64,000 nucleotides of DNA from Ginglymostoma cirratum (taxonomy: Eukaryota), in assembly GCA_024137785.1 (NCBI GenBank), contig JAHRHZ010000144.1, positions 19,650,317-19,714,316 on the forward strand. Reading direction: 5' to 3'. Positions 24,031 through 37,002 of this stretch are shown here, piece after piece. The notes under the pieces were generated by a model. It had not been told where the DNA came from. It did no database searches and worked only from the letters and a program-made list of their open reading frames with translations. The number at the start of each line of letters is the position of its first letter. Within the stretch, counting starts at the first letter, position 1. The position numbers were made by a program, and so were the translations under genes.

Positions 24031-25715
24031 TTGTGGAGCAATGAAACCATGCTCTTCGAAGAGGTCACTTGAACACAGCTTGTGACATAGACAGGGCAGC
24101 AGCTATACAGTTTAGTCTTTAAAAGATTTTCCAGCCTGCTAGTTTCATTTAGTGATGGCACTCCACTGTGCCTTGTTGACCATGAATAGTTCCGTAGCTT
24201 AACAAACCTGTGTTAAAGCTAAAATTCTGGGTTAAAGACAGTACTAATACAATAATTACATTTTAAATGACTGACCCAACATCTCTTCATAGGTTTCCCA
24301 CTTGCCTCCAACTGCACTCTGGAGATGAGCAGGATCATGTTGAGTTTTAGATACACAAAACTGGTTCCTGCCTCTTGACCATTTTGCTCTACAAATGAAT
24401 GTCGGGTGAGAATTTTTATCCAAGCTCCCTGGTGGAAAACTGACAAGTGTCAGACTCAACAATGTTTCATAGTTTCTCAATGAGAAGAAGTTTAGGTGCA
24501 ACGTAAAACAGACATCCAACTTAAACCTGTCCACTTCCAACTGGGCAGGTTAAGTTAAACCTTGCCTCACACAATGCTCTTCAGACCACATATTTTTTCC
24601 TTTATCTTGTGCAGCAGAGTAACAGGTACTAGACACACAGAGGTAATACTCAGTGCTTGATAGATTTTCTGGAAAGTTAGAACAACGTGAAGGCAAAACA
24701 AATAATTGGCACTGAAGAGAAAACGGAACTTCTTAGTACAGCTTCTTTTGCATTTTACATAAAGCTGCAGTTTTGTCATAGGTATCACAGTTGTCACGTA
24801 TTATTCCTGCAGCAACACACAGAGAGTATTGTTATTAGAGTCAAAGAAATATTATAAGGGAAGCTAAGAAACAATGAGCTGAATCACCTGCTGTGTTGGT
24901 ACAAAGGCAATTTTGACAGAAGCTGTGTACAAGTCACGCACTGCTTTGATCTATAATAAGACTACTTCTTAAATTGTTACATGGAAGTTAAGTCAGATTA
25001 CCAAGCAGGATGAATTAACACTAATGGACTTAAACAACTTACTGCGAAAAAAGAACACCTTTGTTGTTAAAAGTGTTCAATCGTACATTGGGAATCAAAG
25101 TGAGGAAATGGTTTGAGAAATCTCTTAGGACTGAGAATTATCTTGAAACAAGTCATCAAAAGGAAGTAAAGTCAAGTGCTGGTGGAGCACAAGACTCCAC
25201 CAAGACTCCTGGACCAAAGTAAGAAAGAAAAGAATAACCAAAGTTCCAAATCTTGGTCATTGACCAGAAGCCCCAATTGGAAAGGGGAAATACTACCTAA
25301 GGACAGAATCATGCTCATATTATGCTTCTTCAGTATGGTGTGGACTTGGAGCTGGTATGTTTAGCCATAGCCTTTCACCCTCCGTGGCCAGTGTCCTGGC
25401 CAGTAAGAGGCAGAGAGTGGTCTGAATGTCCCAGATAATCAAGCATTTGTCATGAAGCGGACGGAAATGCTCAAAACCATTGCTTACAGAAGACTTTAGG
25501 ATATTCATGACCTTGGAGGAGATGCCAGGACTGCACTGAACATCCTTCATTACTTTATCGACACGGATAGGGAAGCTCTCTATGCACCAAATTCTACACT
25601 TCTTAATGCCTTCCATTAGCATTTTAGTCATGGCCTTTCTTAGCAGTCTTTCTAATTTCTATTCAGCAATTCAACTGTGATATCTCACACATAAGTGGAA
25701 CTTTCCTTCGTTATC

Positions 25716-25789
25716 TTTCGGTTAGCTTAGCTGGTTGGAGTGTGGTGCTAATAATGCTAAGGTCATGGGTTCAATCCCCATACTGACCA
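25716..25789 (+). pseudogene. tRNA-Ile(AAT) pseudogene
   Basis: Colinear over 74 nt with vertebrate tRNA-Ile-AAT (cggttagc.tag.tggtt.gag.gtggtgct-aat-aa.gc.aaggtc..gggttc.atcccc.tac...cca); many differences are CpG transitions; acceptor stem broken. Confidence 0.82.
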
Positions 25790-25861
25790 AGTCTGCATGT
25801 TTCTAGTCACAAGTTTAATGCTTTGTATTCTGACTGGAAGCTTGCGTGGCTGTTTCTACTT

Positions 25862-26184
25862 TGGGGCAGCACAGTGGCACAATGGCTAGCACTGTTGCCT
25901 CAGAGCACTAGGGACCTTGGTTTGATTCCATCCTCAGGTGACTGTTTGTGTGGAGTTTGTACATTCTCCCTGTGTCTGCGTGGGTTTCCTCTGGGTGCTC
26001 CAGTTTCCTCCCACAGTGCAAAGACGTGCAGGCTAGGTAGACTGGCCATGCTAAATTGTCCATAGTGTTCAGGAATGAGTAGATTAGGTGGGTCATAGAG
26101 GGATGGGTCTGGGTGGGATGGTCTGAGGGTCAGTGTGGATTTGTTGGGCCGAAGGGCCTGTTTCCACACTGTAGGGATTCTATG
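25862..26184 (+). mobile_element. HE1-type SINE
   Basis: Full head, central domain and tail ending gtagggattctatga. Confidence 0.92.
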
Positions 26185-26189
26185 AATAG

Positions 26190-26375
26190 ACAACTTTGTT
26201 ATTAAATGAGGATTGTTGATTGCCAGAAAAACTCATCTGGTTTGCCAATGCCCTTTAGAGAAGGAAACTGCCATCTTTACCAGGGCTGGCCTACATGTGA
26301 CTCCAAACCCACGTCAATGTGATAGACTTTTAACTGCCCTCTGTACAACTAGGGATGGACAAAAAATGCACTCAT
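26190..26375 (+). mobile_element. tRNA-head SINE, second family, 3' part
   Basis: gaaggaaactgccatctttaccagggctggcctacatgtgactcca core. Confidence 0.7.
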
Positions 26376-27254
26376 GATAGAAAAACAAAGGCTAGCTGCT
26401 TTGGGAAGAAGCTGAATACTCAAAGTATTCTGTCCTCCAACTGGTGGCACTGCTCTGGCTGAATACATCATCTCTTATTCCTCACCCAAAGGGGGATTCC
26501 TCACAAGATTCCCATGACCAATCACTTCCTTCTCCTAGTGGTTCCTACGGAAGGTCTAATAAGATATAGAAACACAGCACTCATTCTCTTTGTGAAGTTC
26601 TCAGTAAAATTCCAGAATCGATTCATTTTCATTTCACTTCTCACGGCGCTGTAGCTCTGTACACACTCATGGATGCTTTTAAGATGATTAAAAGATGTGA
26701 TAGATATTAGTTCCTCTGGAAGGCAGTTTAGAAAAAAGGAGTGTATCCCTAAAATTAGAGCTCAGGGTGCTCTCATGTGCCACTTTGGTTTGAACACAGT
26801 CCCTCTTCTGGTTTGTCCATTAGACAAAAATTCTGCTGCTGTACTGTGTCTTCATACTTGCAAAGTATGGTCTGCATGCAAATTCAGCTTATTCCCCATT
26901 GATTTTAACTCTTTTTGTTGTCCATCCAAGACTTCAGTATCTTTTCAATTGCAAAAGGTCTAAGTTTTTCTTTCTTTGGATACGTCTTTATTTGAAATAA
27001 TACTTTCTACAACAAAATTACAAATAATCCCTGATTTCTATAGATCACTACCAGGTTCAATGGACATACTTATTATCCCTAGAGTTGACAGCACTTTATC
27101 TTCTGTGATGTTATTCCTAATATGAAATCAATAACAGGTTATTTTGACACTACTCCAACACTAATGGACACACTGACTAAAGCATAGCTTAAATTCACTC
27201 TATGTAATGAAATAAGTCAACAATTTCCGTCAATAGACTGTGTCTGTAAAAATT

Positions 27255-27455
27255 TGTTCATGGGGTGTGGGCATCACAGGCTAGACCAGCATTTATTGCC
27301 CATCCCTAGTTGTTCAGAGGGCAGTTAAAAGTCTATCACATTGCTGTGGGCTTGGAGTCACATGTAGACCAGACCTGGTAAGAATGGCAGTTTCCTTCTC
27401 TAAAGGAATTTGGCAAACCAGATGAGTTTTTTTCTGACAATCAACAACAGTTTCG
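27255..27455 (-). mobile_element. tRNA-head SINE, second family
   Basis: ttcatggggtgtgggcatcac...gagtcacatgtagaccagacctggtaag. Confidence 0.72.
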
Positions 27456-28000
27456 TGCCACATTTAAGAAAATTTCTACCAAGTCACAATGCTCAATGGA
27501 AATTTAAACAATTGTATTAAAGCATACTTTGGTACAAAAAGCATTAGAGATTTATCCAAAGTTGACAATATCTTTTGAACTTGCCTGCCAAAAGATTTCC
27601 CACTTTCAGACTCAAGCTTTCCCAACACTCATACCTGGGCTAGAGTGAACAATGGAAGCCATCCTGACTCCAGCAAAATTGAGGGGTTTCTGAATTGCTC
27701 ACCTATCTCCCACAATGGAGCTGGTATGGTCAGGACTTCTCTGTGTGTGTGTTACTCACACTCTTACCCTGCACCACTGAAAACTAACAGTGACAGTTAT
27801 GAAGGCAGGAATCTAGACTTGGGCAATGTTTTTTGCTGCATGCCGCCATTCTGACATGGACAGAGGGTTGAAAATCTAGCGCAAGGTGCTACAGAACAAA
27901 AGTGAACAAGAGTGGACACGGGGTGAGTCACCTTGAGTGGGTTATTCTGCTGAGGGTGAGGCTGCAAGTGAATTCTGCTACAGTGGAGTCAGGTGAAGAC

Positions 28001-28052
28001 AACCCTAACACTAACCCTAAGCCTAACCATAGCCCTAACCCTAATCCTAGCC
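28001..28052. repeat. Degenerate (CCCTAA)n telomere-like tract
   Basis: aaccctaacactaaccctaagcctaaccatagccctaaccctaatcctagcc. Confidence 0.8.
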
Positions 28053-28059
28053 TGTGTCA

Positions 28060-29750
28060 CAGTAAAGCAGCTGAAGTCCAAACTGAGATCATGAAATCCT
28101 TGCTTATGACCACACAGACTCAGGTGCTGCCATCCTTAGTACAGTCCAACAATCTGTGCCTCAACAACCTATTGAGATGCTCTCTCATGGGAGGCGCAGT
28201 TGCATCATTGAACATGAAATTATTGTACTCTTTCAGGTTGTTGATCTTCATGGTACTGCCAATGCCAATCTGCTCATCCTCTTGCCGTTTCCCAAACCCA
28301 ACTCAGCCCATGTTGAGATGGTACAGTTCAAAATCAGGCTCTCAAGGTCTAAGAGTAGCTTCAAGGCATCCTGCAGTACTCGCCCCAGCTTAAGTTCAGT
28401 GGTCTTTCACCAACTCTGCTGCATCCACTGGGGCAATACTATCAGGAGCATGAGCCAGGAAAAGGCACATGGAGGATAAACACAAAGGATAGAAGTTCAA
28501 ACCTACTTGTACAAACTGGATCTGTGGTTGGATAAAGATATTAATGAGGTGATTTTTCTGGATGCCTTTTATTGCTAGATGAAGGACTGGGGAAGGTATA
28601 ATAGAGCTTCTCAGTTGGACATAATGATGGGGCATGGCAGATTAAAAGCGGTCAAGTGAATTAGTTTTATCGAAAACAGAGATGGAGAGAGTGTTTTGTG
28701 AGGCTAAGCATGGCAATGGGAACAAGGATGTCTACTCCTCACACTCTTCCTCCTGACATGGCCTCCAGGTTCTTGGAGGCAGTGGCTGTCTATTCGTGGT
28801 AGCATTTATAGCAGACATAGCAGATCACAATAAACTTCAGAACCCAACCTAGCACGAACTGAAGGGCCACTTTCAAACAATGCAAGTAGTTGAATCACTG
28901 TTTAAGCAGGCTGACTGTCTGCTTCACAAAGTTTCTTATTGGAACCATGTTTCTCACTATGCACCCACTGCTCTCACCGTTGACAGAAGACAATTGACAC
29001 AAAGCGATCATTAGTTATGTGTGTAGAGGTTGGCCTTTATCCTTCAGGAACCAGCCTGTGGTTTTCTGGGAAGGTCTGAAGACAATAGGAATGGATTTCT
29101 AACAAGGTCACCTGTTCCTAACAGAAAAGACCTGGAAACAATTTTTTTGTCACTCTGACCTTTATAGCCACTGGGAGGGATGTCCTCTTGTTGGTTTGAA
29201 GTTTTAAAATGGATTATAGAAGGTGGCAATGTTCAGTGACCACCTTCTTGTTGAACCTAAGTTGCTTCAGGCACTGCTCCTATGTGAGATGGATGTAAAA
29301 GTGCTCTTTTAAAAGCTGTTAGAACAAGGACTTTCTGTGATGTGTCATCCTCCTCCTCCCTCCTCATAGAACTCCCCTCTCAGTCACTGTCTCTCCATTT
29401 CTTGGTCACGCTGAAGACAAAGAGTAATTGTCACCACAGATGCCATGTCTCAGTCATCAAATCCTGTGTCTTTCCCAGTTTCAATCACCAACTCTACAAC
29501 ACAACTCCAAAGGGAGTTCTATAAAAATGCCTCATCTGCAAGTTGGTGTCTGATCTTCTAAGTGGCACTTCTGGGAGTGCAGCCCTTAATGCTGCTATAC
29601 ATCTGTTCAGCATAAGTATTCATTGCACATCTGCAAATGAAATTGCGGAAGGCAACTTCCTGATCAGCTTATTTGACATCATGATAGAACCCAGTCATGC
29701 CCAGCACACTTTGGCTAGTCTCTCCATCTGTGCAGGAGGTGACTAGAAAT
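28060..29750. mobile_element. Probable second Harbinger-like fossil
   Basis: Weak transposase-like remnants on minus (HLAIKG, EQIGI..MK); very degraded. Confidence 0.4.
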
Positions 29751-31049
29751 TCAGGCAGTTTTCTTGTTTCAGAACCTGGCGTTCTGGAGCAAAAATTAGT
29801 CGTTTTGCATTTTATGAATTGAATTTTGAAAGCCTCCCAGACACGTAAAGACTACAATTAACATCATTAATATTAAAAAAGAACTTGTTCATTAGTGACA
29901 GCTGTGCTGGACAGAATGACAGAGAGAAACAGAGGGGATATAATTGGTCTTAATAATCACACAAAATATTCAAGAACAAATGGATAACAAAATTGGACAG
30001 AATGTAAAATGGACTGCAAATTCATTATCATACATTTTCCACAAATGTCAAAGCCCAATTTCAGCCCTCAAAGATAGATTTATAACACTGGTTATAAATC
30101 AGTGGGTTTACAACACTGCTTCAGAATGTGCACACACACAGAGACACACAAACACAGACTGCCTGCTTTAGATTCCATAAGAACATATTGTCAAAGATCC
30201 CAGGGCCCAATTCCGTACAGAATCAATGAAAGTGTGGACACCACTGTTGGAAAATTGTGAAGGTTGTTCGCCACGTTTCTTTTTTAAAAATTACTTTCAT
30301 CGACATGACATGACATTATTGATTTACAGAATTTAGCAAAACAAAAAATGCCACAGAGAAATGGGGAGGAATTAATGAGGGAGACAACGCTGCATCAAGT
30401 TATAAATGACCAGATGCATACTGACGAAACAAAGGAAATGGGTGTGGTGAGATCTTCGCACACAAATTCACCATCAGGTGTAAACTAGTTTAGTTGCCAA
30501 CTGACCTAGACTGGAAGGTGGCCATATCCAGGGTCACCGGGTAAGTGCAATTTTCCCATCTTGATACAACCCCTGCTGCACCCATTAGTATCAGGCAGCT
30601 GCAAGCAAAGTACACAGCACTTAGAAACATCAGTCATGAATAATTGAAATTATAATTCCTCCATCATTGATTACACAGCAATTGCTCCAAATGCCGTGAG
30701 TTTACACATTAAGTGGTGCTTGTATTAAGAGCTCTTTGATAGTCGGTGCTCTTGCAATGGTTACAATTTTAAAAGAACAAGTATCACAAGAAGAGTAATT
30801 TTATTTCATGCACTAGATGGATATCAATGCTTGATTAATATTCAAAAAGTGGAGGTAATAATGTACAAAGAGTTGATCATTTTGGTATTATGTCATACTT
30901 CACAAACAAAATTATTCCTAACCGTTCCGTTGTTAGGTTTGTTCTGATTGAAACTGTGCATCACAATACTGATTGAAAAGAAAATTTGAGTTGGTTGATT
31001 AAACAGTTAAATATTGATTCTATCTTTTTAATTGATTTTGTTTGTTACA

Positions 31050-31165
31050 GTAATGGAAAGAAGCCAGGAGAATAGGATGAGAAACATGTCAGCCATGATC
31101 CCATGGCAGACCAGACTCGATGGGCCGAATGGTCTAATTCTGGTCCTATATCTCGTCGTCTTATA
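31050..31165 (+). mobile_element. CR1 3' tail
   Basis: cagccatgat...gactcgatgggccgaatggtctaattctggtcctatatc. Confidence 0.75.
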
Positions 31166-32294
31166 GTCTTTACACCTTGTTCAAAATTTGAATAGAAACA
31201 AGACATTTTGACAGAAGAAGTGTTTATTTGAGATGGGCAACATACTGCCTTTTTCATGTTAATTGCCGTTACTGGGCAACAGGACACATGAGCTTAGCAG
31301 AGTGACAGGCCAGGTCTCTTTCGTAATGCATAGTGACATGAATCTGACACTGCTTAAAAGCAGAAGATTTACATTTGTGTTCACTACACTTCCAAGACAG
31401 TAGTTTTAGTACGGTTCCTGAAATTCAATCTTCAACATTGCATCCTTGGAGAATTGCAGTCATGGTAATAGACTAACTCATTCAAAGAAGGTAGCTTAAT
31501 ACCGAGGGAAATGTTCAATTGAAATTAAAGCAAAATTATGCAACTTTAACAATAATTAATTATGCTGCAGGCATTTGTTCCTATTATTTCACCTTACCAT
31601 GCTGCTACAGCTTTGTAAAGCAAAGATCCTCAAATATAAGAAAACCAGAATTTTGATAGAAATTGACATTAGTATCCGAATTGAATTCTGATGAAGTCTC
31701 TGCCTGACTCATGGGGAAATTCCTCAAAATCACAAAGATTTTGTTTCATTGCTTCACAGCTTTGCCACTTTTTTTCACTTGTGGGTCAGTCACTCTAAAC
31801 GCCTTGCATGATCCTCATTTAAGATTTAAATGCAGTTCCTTATCCCTGATTTTGACATGTTCTTGCACCCCCATCCCCCATGCCTCCCCTGGCCAAGGAA
31901 AACCCAGGAGTGAAAATGGCAGCATGTGAGCATGTGACCAAAGAAGACTCATTGGACTCTAAACATTGGCTCTGTTTCTCTCACCACAGACTCTGTTAGA
32001 TCTGTTGAACTTTTCCAGCATTTTCTGTTTGCATTTTGTGTCGGAATTCCCTGTGCTGTCCTTCCAGACTCCTGTTCTCCGAGAATTCCCAAGCCTTGAG
32101 GAGGCCGCGTTATGTTATCCAAAGGTTAATTTAATTTTAAATGTCCCTTTTTAGGGTTCATGCTGAGATACACAATTTGATCATCTCAATAGAATAAATG
32201 ATTGTTTGCCTTGATTTTCCCTCCAAAAGGATCTTGATACTTAATTTAGAGAGGTTTATTTCTCATGCTACAATTTTTTGGGAAGAAAAGACTT

Positions 32295-32391
32295 AGAAAA
32301 TGCTGGAAAAATTCTAGCAGGTCTGGCAGCATATGTGGAGAGAAAAACAGAGTTAATGTTTTGAGTTCAGTATGCCTCTTCTTCAGAACTA
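32295..32391 (-). mobile_element. Penelope terminal repeat fragment with hammerhead remnant
   Basis: Minus strand agttctgaagaagaggcatactgaactcaaaacattaactctg...gctgccagacctgct; an older related plus copy lies at ~31940-32035. Confidence 0.7.
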
Positions 32392-32710
32392 AGTCAAGAT
32401 GGGGGTCCAGAGGAGCAGGTGGTAAACTGGAGCCACTAGATACCTGGTACCTGCCCAGACTTTCATGTTGGTAATTGTTGCTGTGTAATTTCTCTCCACT
32501 GTGAGGAAGAATAACAAACTGCATATAATTGAGGCAAGACTAGTTAATACTGAGATGTTAAGCCATTCAATTGTGCCTCTTGGAAAATTCTTATCTCCCT
32601 GTTAAAAGTTCAGGAGCAAAATATTCTTTCTCTCAATGTTGAGAATCTAAAATTTGTGATCCCATCATATTTTCCCTAATAGGTCACCACTGCCCACTGA
32701 AATAACTCCA

Positions 32711-32924
32711 TGAAGGCTGGTACCCCATCACCAAGTCACCCTTTATTCACACGTGCCTAGTACATGACACTGACCTAGCAAGCACAGAGCTGGCTCCAAG
32801 AGTGAGCAGAACCCCTGCCACTCCTGTTTATATCTGACAGCCAGGGCTCCCTAAAGGATCAGCCCCAATCAGGGAACTCATATTCTATGCGGTCCACATG
32901 GCTGACATTACTCCAATTACTACA
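32711..32924 (-). mobile_element. Short solo LTR (Gypsy-like)
   Basis: TG...CA ends; AATAAA and a TATA-like motif on minus; related to the LTR piece at 16355-16508. Confidence 0.65.
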
Positions 32925-33321
32925 ACCACATTGTTCATGTCGTCATTGATCTATTTTCAACTGCTTCATCAGTAAATGTTTCATAGGCACTGTAGTAACT
33001 TATCTTTGATAGCACCTTCCAAACTCACGACCTCTATCCCCAAGAACAAGAATAGAAAACAGATGTGAATGCAAACAAGTTGTCCTTCAATTCATACTCT
33101 ATCCTGGAACTACATTGTTCCTTCACTGTCCCTGTGTCAAAATCCTGAAACTTCCGTCTTTATAGAAATCTGGCGGTACCTACACAACACACACTGCATT
33201 GGTTCAGCGCATTCCATCTCCCTCAAGGGCAATTTAGAAATTAGGAAAATTCAGCCCCTAATGTTCTGCCTCTGCTATTTTAACCATGTTGACTGCTGAA
33301 GCGGACATTGAACTTTATAAC

Positions 33322-33512
33322 AAGCATGGGGCTGGATGAACACAGCAGGTCAAGCAGCATCATAGGAGCAGGAAAACTTGACGTAAACGGGTTTAGGCCC
33401 GAAACGTCAAGTTTTCCTGCTCCTATGATGCTGCTTGACCTGCTGTGTTCATCCAGCCCCACACCTTGTTATCTCGGATTCTCCAGCATCTGCAGTACCT
33501 TTTATCTCTTAT
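33322..33512. mobile_element. Palindromic Penelope-derived mini-element (family B)
   Basis: Perfect ~58-bp inverted arms; exact 16-bp TSD cattgaactttataac (33306-33321, 33513-33528); gggtttaggcccgaaacgtc hammerhead half. Confidence 0.9.
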
Positions 33513-34129
33513 CATTGAACTTTATAACTCACTTTATTTTAATCAGCAATTGCAAAGCTGACACTTATTAACAATTTCTAAATTGTTTTTGAAGAGAGGT
33601 CAATTGTCGCATATAGACCAAACTCAGACAAGTTATGGTGTTTAGGTGGATTCCTTAATTCAGTATTGGCTGGCAAGGACATCTTGCCCACGGTTCTTCT
33701 GTATTGGCTTTTCTAGAATATCAAACAATGCAAGTATTGTCACAATCCAGGGGTGATGATTCACTTTCTTTTCCTGGTACTTGCTGGAAATTTCTGGAAG
33801 CAGCCATCTTGCCTTCTCTGTGTATGATAGTAGCCATCTTCATTGGCCTGTTTGATGTGTTTTTAGAACAGTCACTAAATATATACATATATAGATATGC
33901 ATTAAAGTTGGGTTTTAATCCTTTTATGACTAAAGGTTGCCCATATCTTCCTTGCTTTTGCAATCCATGCCTTTACAAAGTCTTGGATTCCATACGTTTT
34001 ATTAGATACTTATTCAACTGCTCTGCCACTATTATGATTTGTACATATATATTCTCAGGCCCCTTCATTGATGTTATCTCCCTTAGATTCCTACCCTTTA
34101 TTGGATAGTGTCTTTCCTCTTTGCTATTT

Positions 34130-34715
34130 ATACATAGATCACTTAAATACCATGAACAGATACAGATAGTAATCAAAAATGCCAATGAAAGGATAAACCC
34201 TTTCTACCTAGACTATACAAAGCCCTGGTTAGGGCATACCCAGAGTACTCTGAACAGTTCTGGACATTGCATCATCAAAAGGATTTATTGGTTTTTAAGA
34301 GAACTGGTTTATCAGAATGAAACATAGACTTCATGGAGGAGTTTGGTTAGGAAGAGGGTTTACACAAACGTGTGCCGTATTTCCTGGAAATCAAAGGCAA
34401 AAGGGTGACTCTATTGAAACTTTCAACCTATCATTGCAAACACAGAGTGTAGATTTCTGTTGTTTGGGGCAAGAGAAGGAATAATCTTCAAATTAATCTT
34501 ACATGGAAAGGACATTTTGAACTTTCTTGTGCAAATGATAATGAATGCTAGATGAATTGTGAACTGCAAATCTGAAATTGATAGGTTTTTGCTCATCAGA
34601 GCCATTAAGAGAGATGGAATAAGTGCAAATATATGGAATTGCACCATGAATTTGGCATGATCTCATTGAATGGTAGAACAGGGTCAACAGGCTAATTGAC
34701 CTATTTCTGTTATAA
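34130..34715 (+). mobile_element. Old CR1 3' fragment
   Basis: LYKALVRAYPEYSEQFW-like frame; catgatctcattgaatggtagaacagg tail. Confidence 0.7.
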
Positions 34716-34884
34716 TGTATCAATCTGGATCCAAGCCTTTCAGCGAGATGGAAAGCAAGGTACTTTTCTTTGTGGATTGAGTTTGTTATCTAGTCAGTCG
34801 TCCTCTTATAACTTTCACTACAATTCAGTGGGGAAATACATTCACTCATGATATAGGGCATCGATGATCAAGTATACAGTGCTG

Positions 34885-35103
34885 TTTTTATTCCAGCATA
34901 CCCACAGACGAACAGAGGGTGACCTTTCATTAGAGAGAGATGATTGGTGGTGGATTAATCTGAGGATCACCATGCCTCAGGTGAGGGGGTAGGTTGAGAA
35001 GGTGGGACCTTCATGTTAACCTCAGCCAGTCTGGGAATTGAAGCCACGGTGTTGGCATCATTATGCATTGCGACCTGTCAACCAGCCACCTGAGCTAACT
35101 GTC
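34885..35103 (-). mobile_element. tRNA-head SINE, third family
   Basis: Minus strand cagttagctcaggtggctgg...ggcttcaattccc (A/B boxes) followed by ccttctcaacct...cctgagg. Confidence 0.65.
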
Positions 35104-35334
35104 CGCCTACCCAGTCTTCCCTTTGTTAGCTATCTTTATATCCAGAAGTGCTCTTACACAGAACTGAGTAATTTATTTCCATCACCAAATCACCCATGGT
35201 ATTTTTTTCACCTATTAACCACCACCAGCTCTATTCAGTCTTCTAGCTCCTTCCACATACCTGTCTACCTCTTCCCTCTTTGTATCTACCTAGTCACTTA
35301 ATAAATCAATTTAACCCAGCTTAACTACTATCTA

Positions 35335-35549
35335 GGAGACAGTGGAGACAGTAAGGACAGCAGATGCTGGAAGCTAGAGTCAATAAATGTAAAGCTGGAA
35401 AAGCACAGCAGGTCAGACAGCATCCGAGGAGCAGGGAAGTCAGCATTTTAGGCTGAAACCCTTCTCCAGGACTGCTTTGGCCTGAAACATTAACTTCCCT
35501 GCTCCTTGGATGCTGTCTGACCTGCTGTGCTTTTCCAGCTTCACATTTA
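35335..35549. mobile_element. Palindromic Penelope-derived mini-element (family B)
   Basis: Inverted arms (aagctggaaaagcacagcaggtcagacagcatcc and its reverse complement); exact 14-bp TSD ttaactactatcta (35321-35334, 35550-35563). Confidence 0.88.
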
Positions 35550-37002
35550 TTAACTACTATCTATCTTATCACTAGGTTCCCATGTTCCCAACTCCGTTAT
35601 GAATTGGTTACAACTCTCTGCACAGCCCTAGCTAACCTGCCTAGAATATCCTAATTCAGGAGATAGCCGCCACAGAGCTAATTCCAATGTATCAGGATTC
35701 TGAAACACTTCTTCCTGCACACTGTCTCTTGTCGTACAGTAAACTGCTACATCTTTCATTTCTCCTCTTGCCAGTATGTAACACAAGGAGTAATCCAGAG
35801 TTTGCTATCATTGAGGAACTGCTTTTTGACTTCCTGTTTAGATCCTTAAAATCAGGACCTCAGACCTCTTTCTTGCTTGTTCACTGCTTCTGCTGGAACT
35901 TTTGGCTGTTTAGCACCCTCCCATGAAATTCAGCAGCCGTGCACTGCTATGAATGGCAGGAAGAAGTGGAGATTGGTCTTTCAAGCTTTCACTAAAGAAG
36001 CTACTGTAGAACAGTATAACATCGGGTCAGTTGTTAAGAACATAATAAATGTGAATCTTACCTTAGCAGCTCTGGTCAGGTCACTAAGGGCATCTCATAT
36101 TTAAGAAGTGAATGATGGCTTTAAATTGTGAGCCCCAGTAAGTGTTATGCCATATCTCACTCTTTTAGGGTTCAGCTACCAATTACAAGCATTTACAGTC
36201 TACCCTCATTAACTATGCTAATTTTTGCCACATTAATTAGTAGTCTGAACAATCATATTTTGATGCTATTTTCCTTTCAAAATTTTTGGCGGAACTCCAA
36301 TTTTCAATCAATTCTTGTCATCATAAGCCAACAGAAAATATCGCCATGTGTCTATCAAAGGTTACTGAATTCTGAAAACAAATTACTCATCTGTGGTAAG
36401 CGCAGGATTTCTCCTAGCTCAAATAACGAATCCCAAAGCTTCAATATACAGATATTTCACAATATAGTCTATGCAAAATTATGCATAAAATATTGTGTAT
36501 TTTTCATTAGAAATGTCCTTACACAAACCTGGAAAACTAATCAACAGAGCCAGAATTTCCTTTTTGATATTTCTGCTGCAGGGTTTTCATTTTAATGTTT
36601 GAAGATTTTCTGAATGTGAAAATGTAAATAGTGCTAGGTGTGGCCAAGTGGCCATCAGCCTGAGCAACTAGGCCCAATATAAAATTGGCTAAACAGTTTC
36701 TGCAAGCAAGTCCTGATGGAATCCAAAAAGACTAAGGGTAGCACAGGTCAAAAGAGAACAGGGATCTGATCAGACCTTTAACAGAGATGATCGACCGTGA
36801 CAATGGAAGAGTCATTCTGACCCGAAACTCAAAAGGATGTAATCATCCCGAATGATAGGGAAAGCCATTATGTTAGTGTATTCCCCTGTTTTGGCCAGGC
36901 TTCTTGTCATCATTGTGCATTCATGCCTTGTAAAGGGGACAGGCAAACCCAGAATGACCTGGCCAAACTCATTGGGTGCTGTAACTCCTGCTGTGTGACC
37001 TC

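Noticed and set aside
25320-25631. 103-aa minus ORF
   Set aside because: No recognisable homology or convincing exon boundaries
27902-28393. 163-aa ORF with NP repeats
   Set aside because: The NP run is the translated CCCTAA tract; the rest overlaps a probable transposon fossil on the other strand
30330-30546. Possible plus-strand exon (NLAKQKMPQRNGEELMRE...) with a gtaagt donor nearby
   Set aside because: Stop precedes the strong donor and no protein is recognised
33308-33571. Near-identical peptides on both strands (MGLDEHSRSSSIIGAGKLDV)
   Set aside because: Artefact of the DNA palindrome, not coding
36128-36595. 155-aa ORF
   Set aside because: AT-rich, GTG start, no motif; consistent with chance
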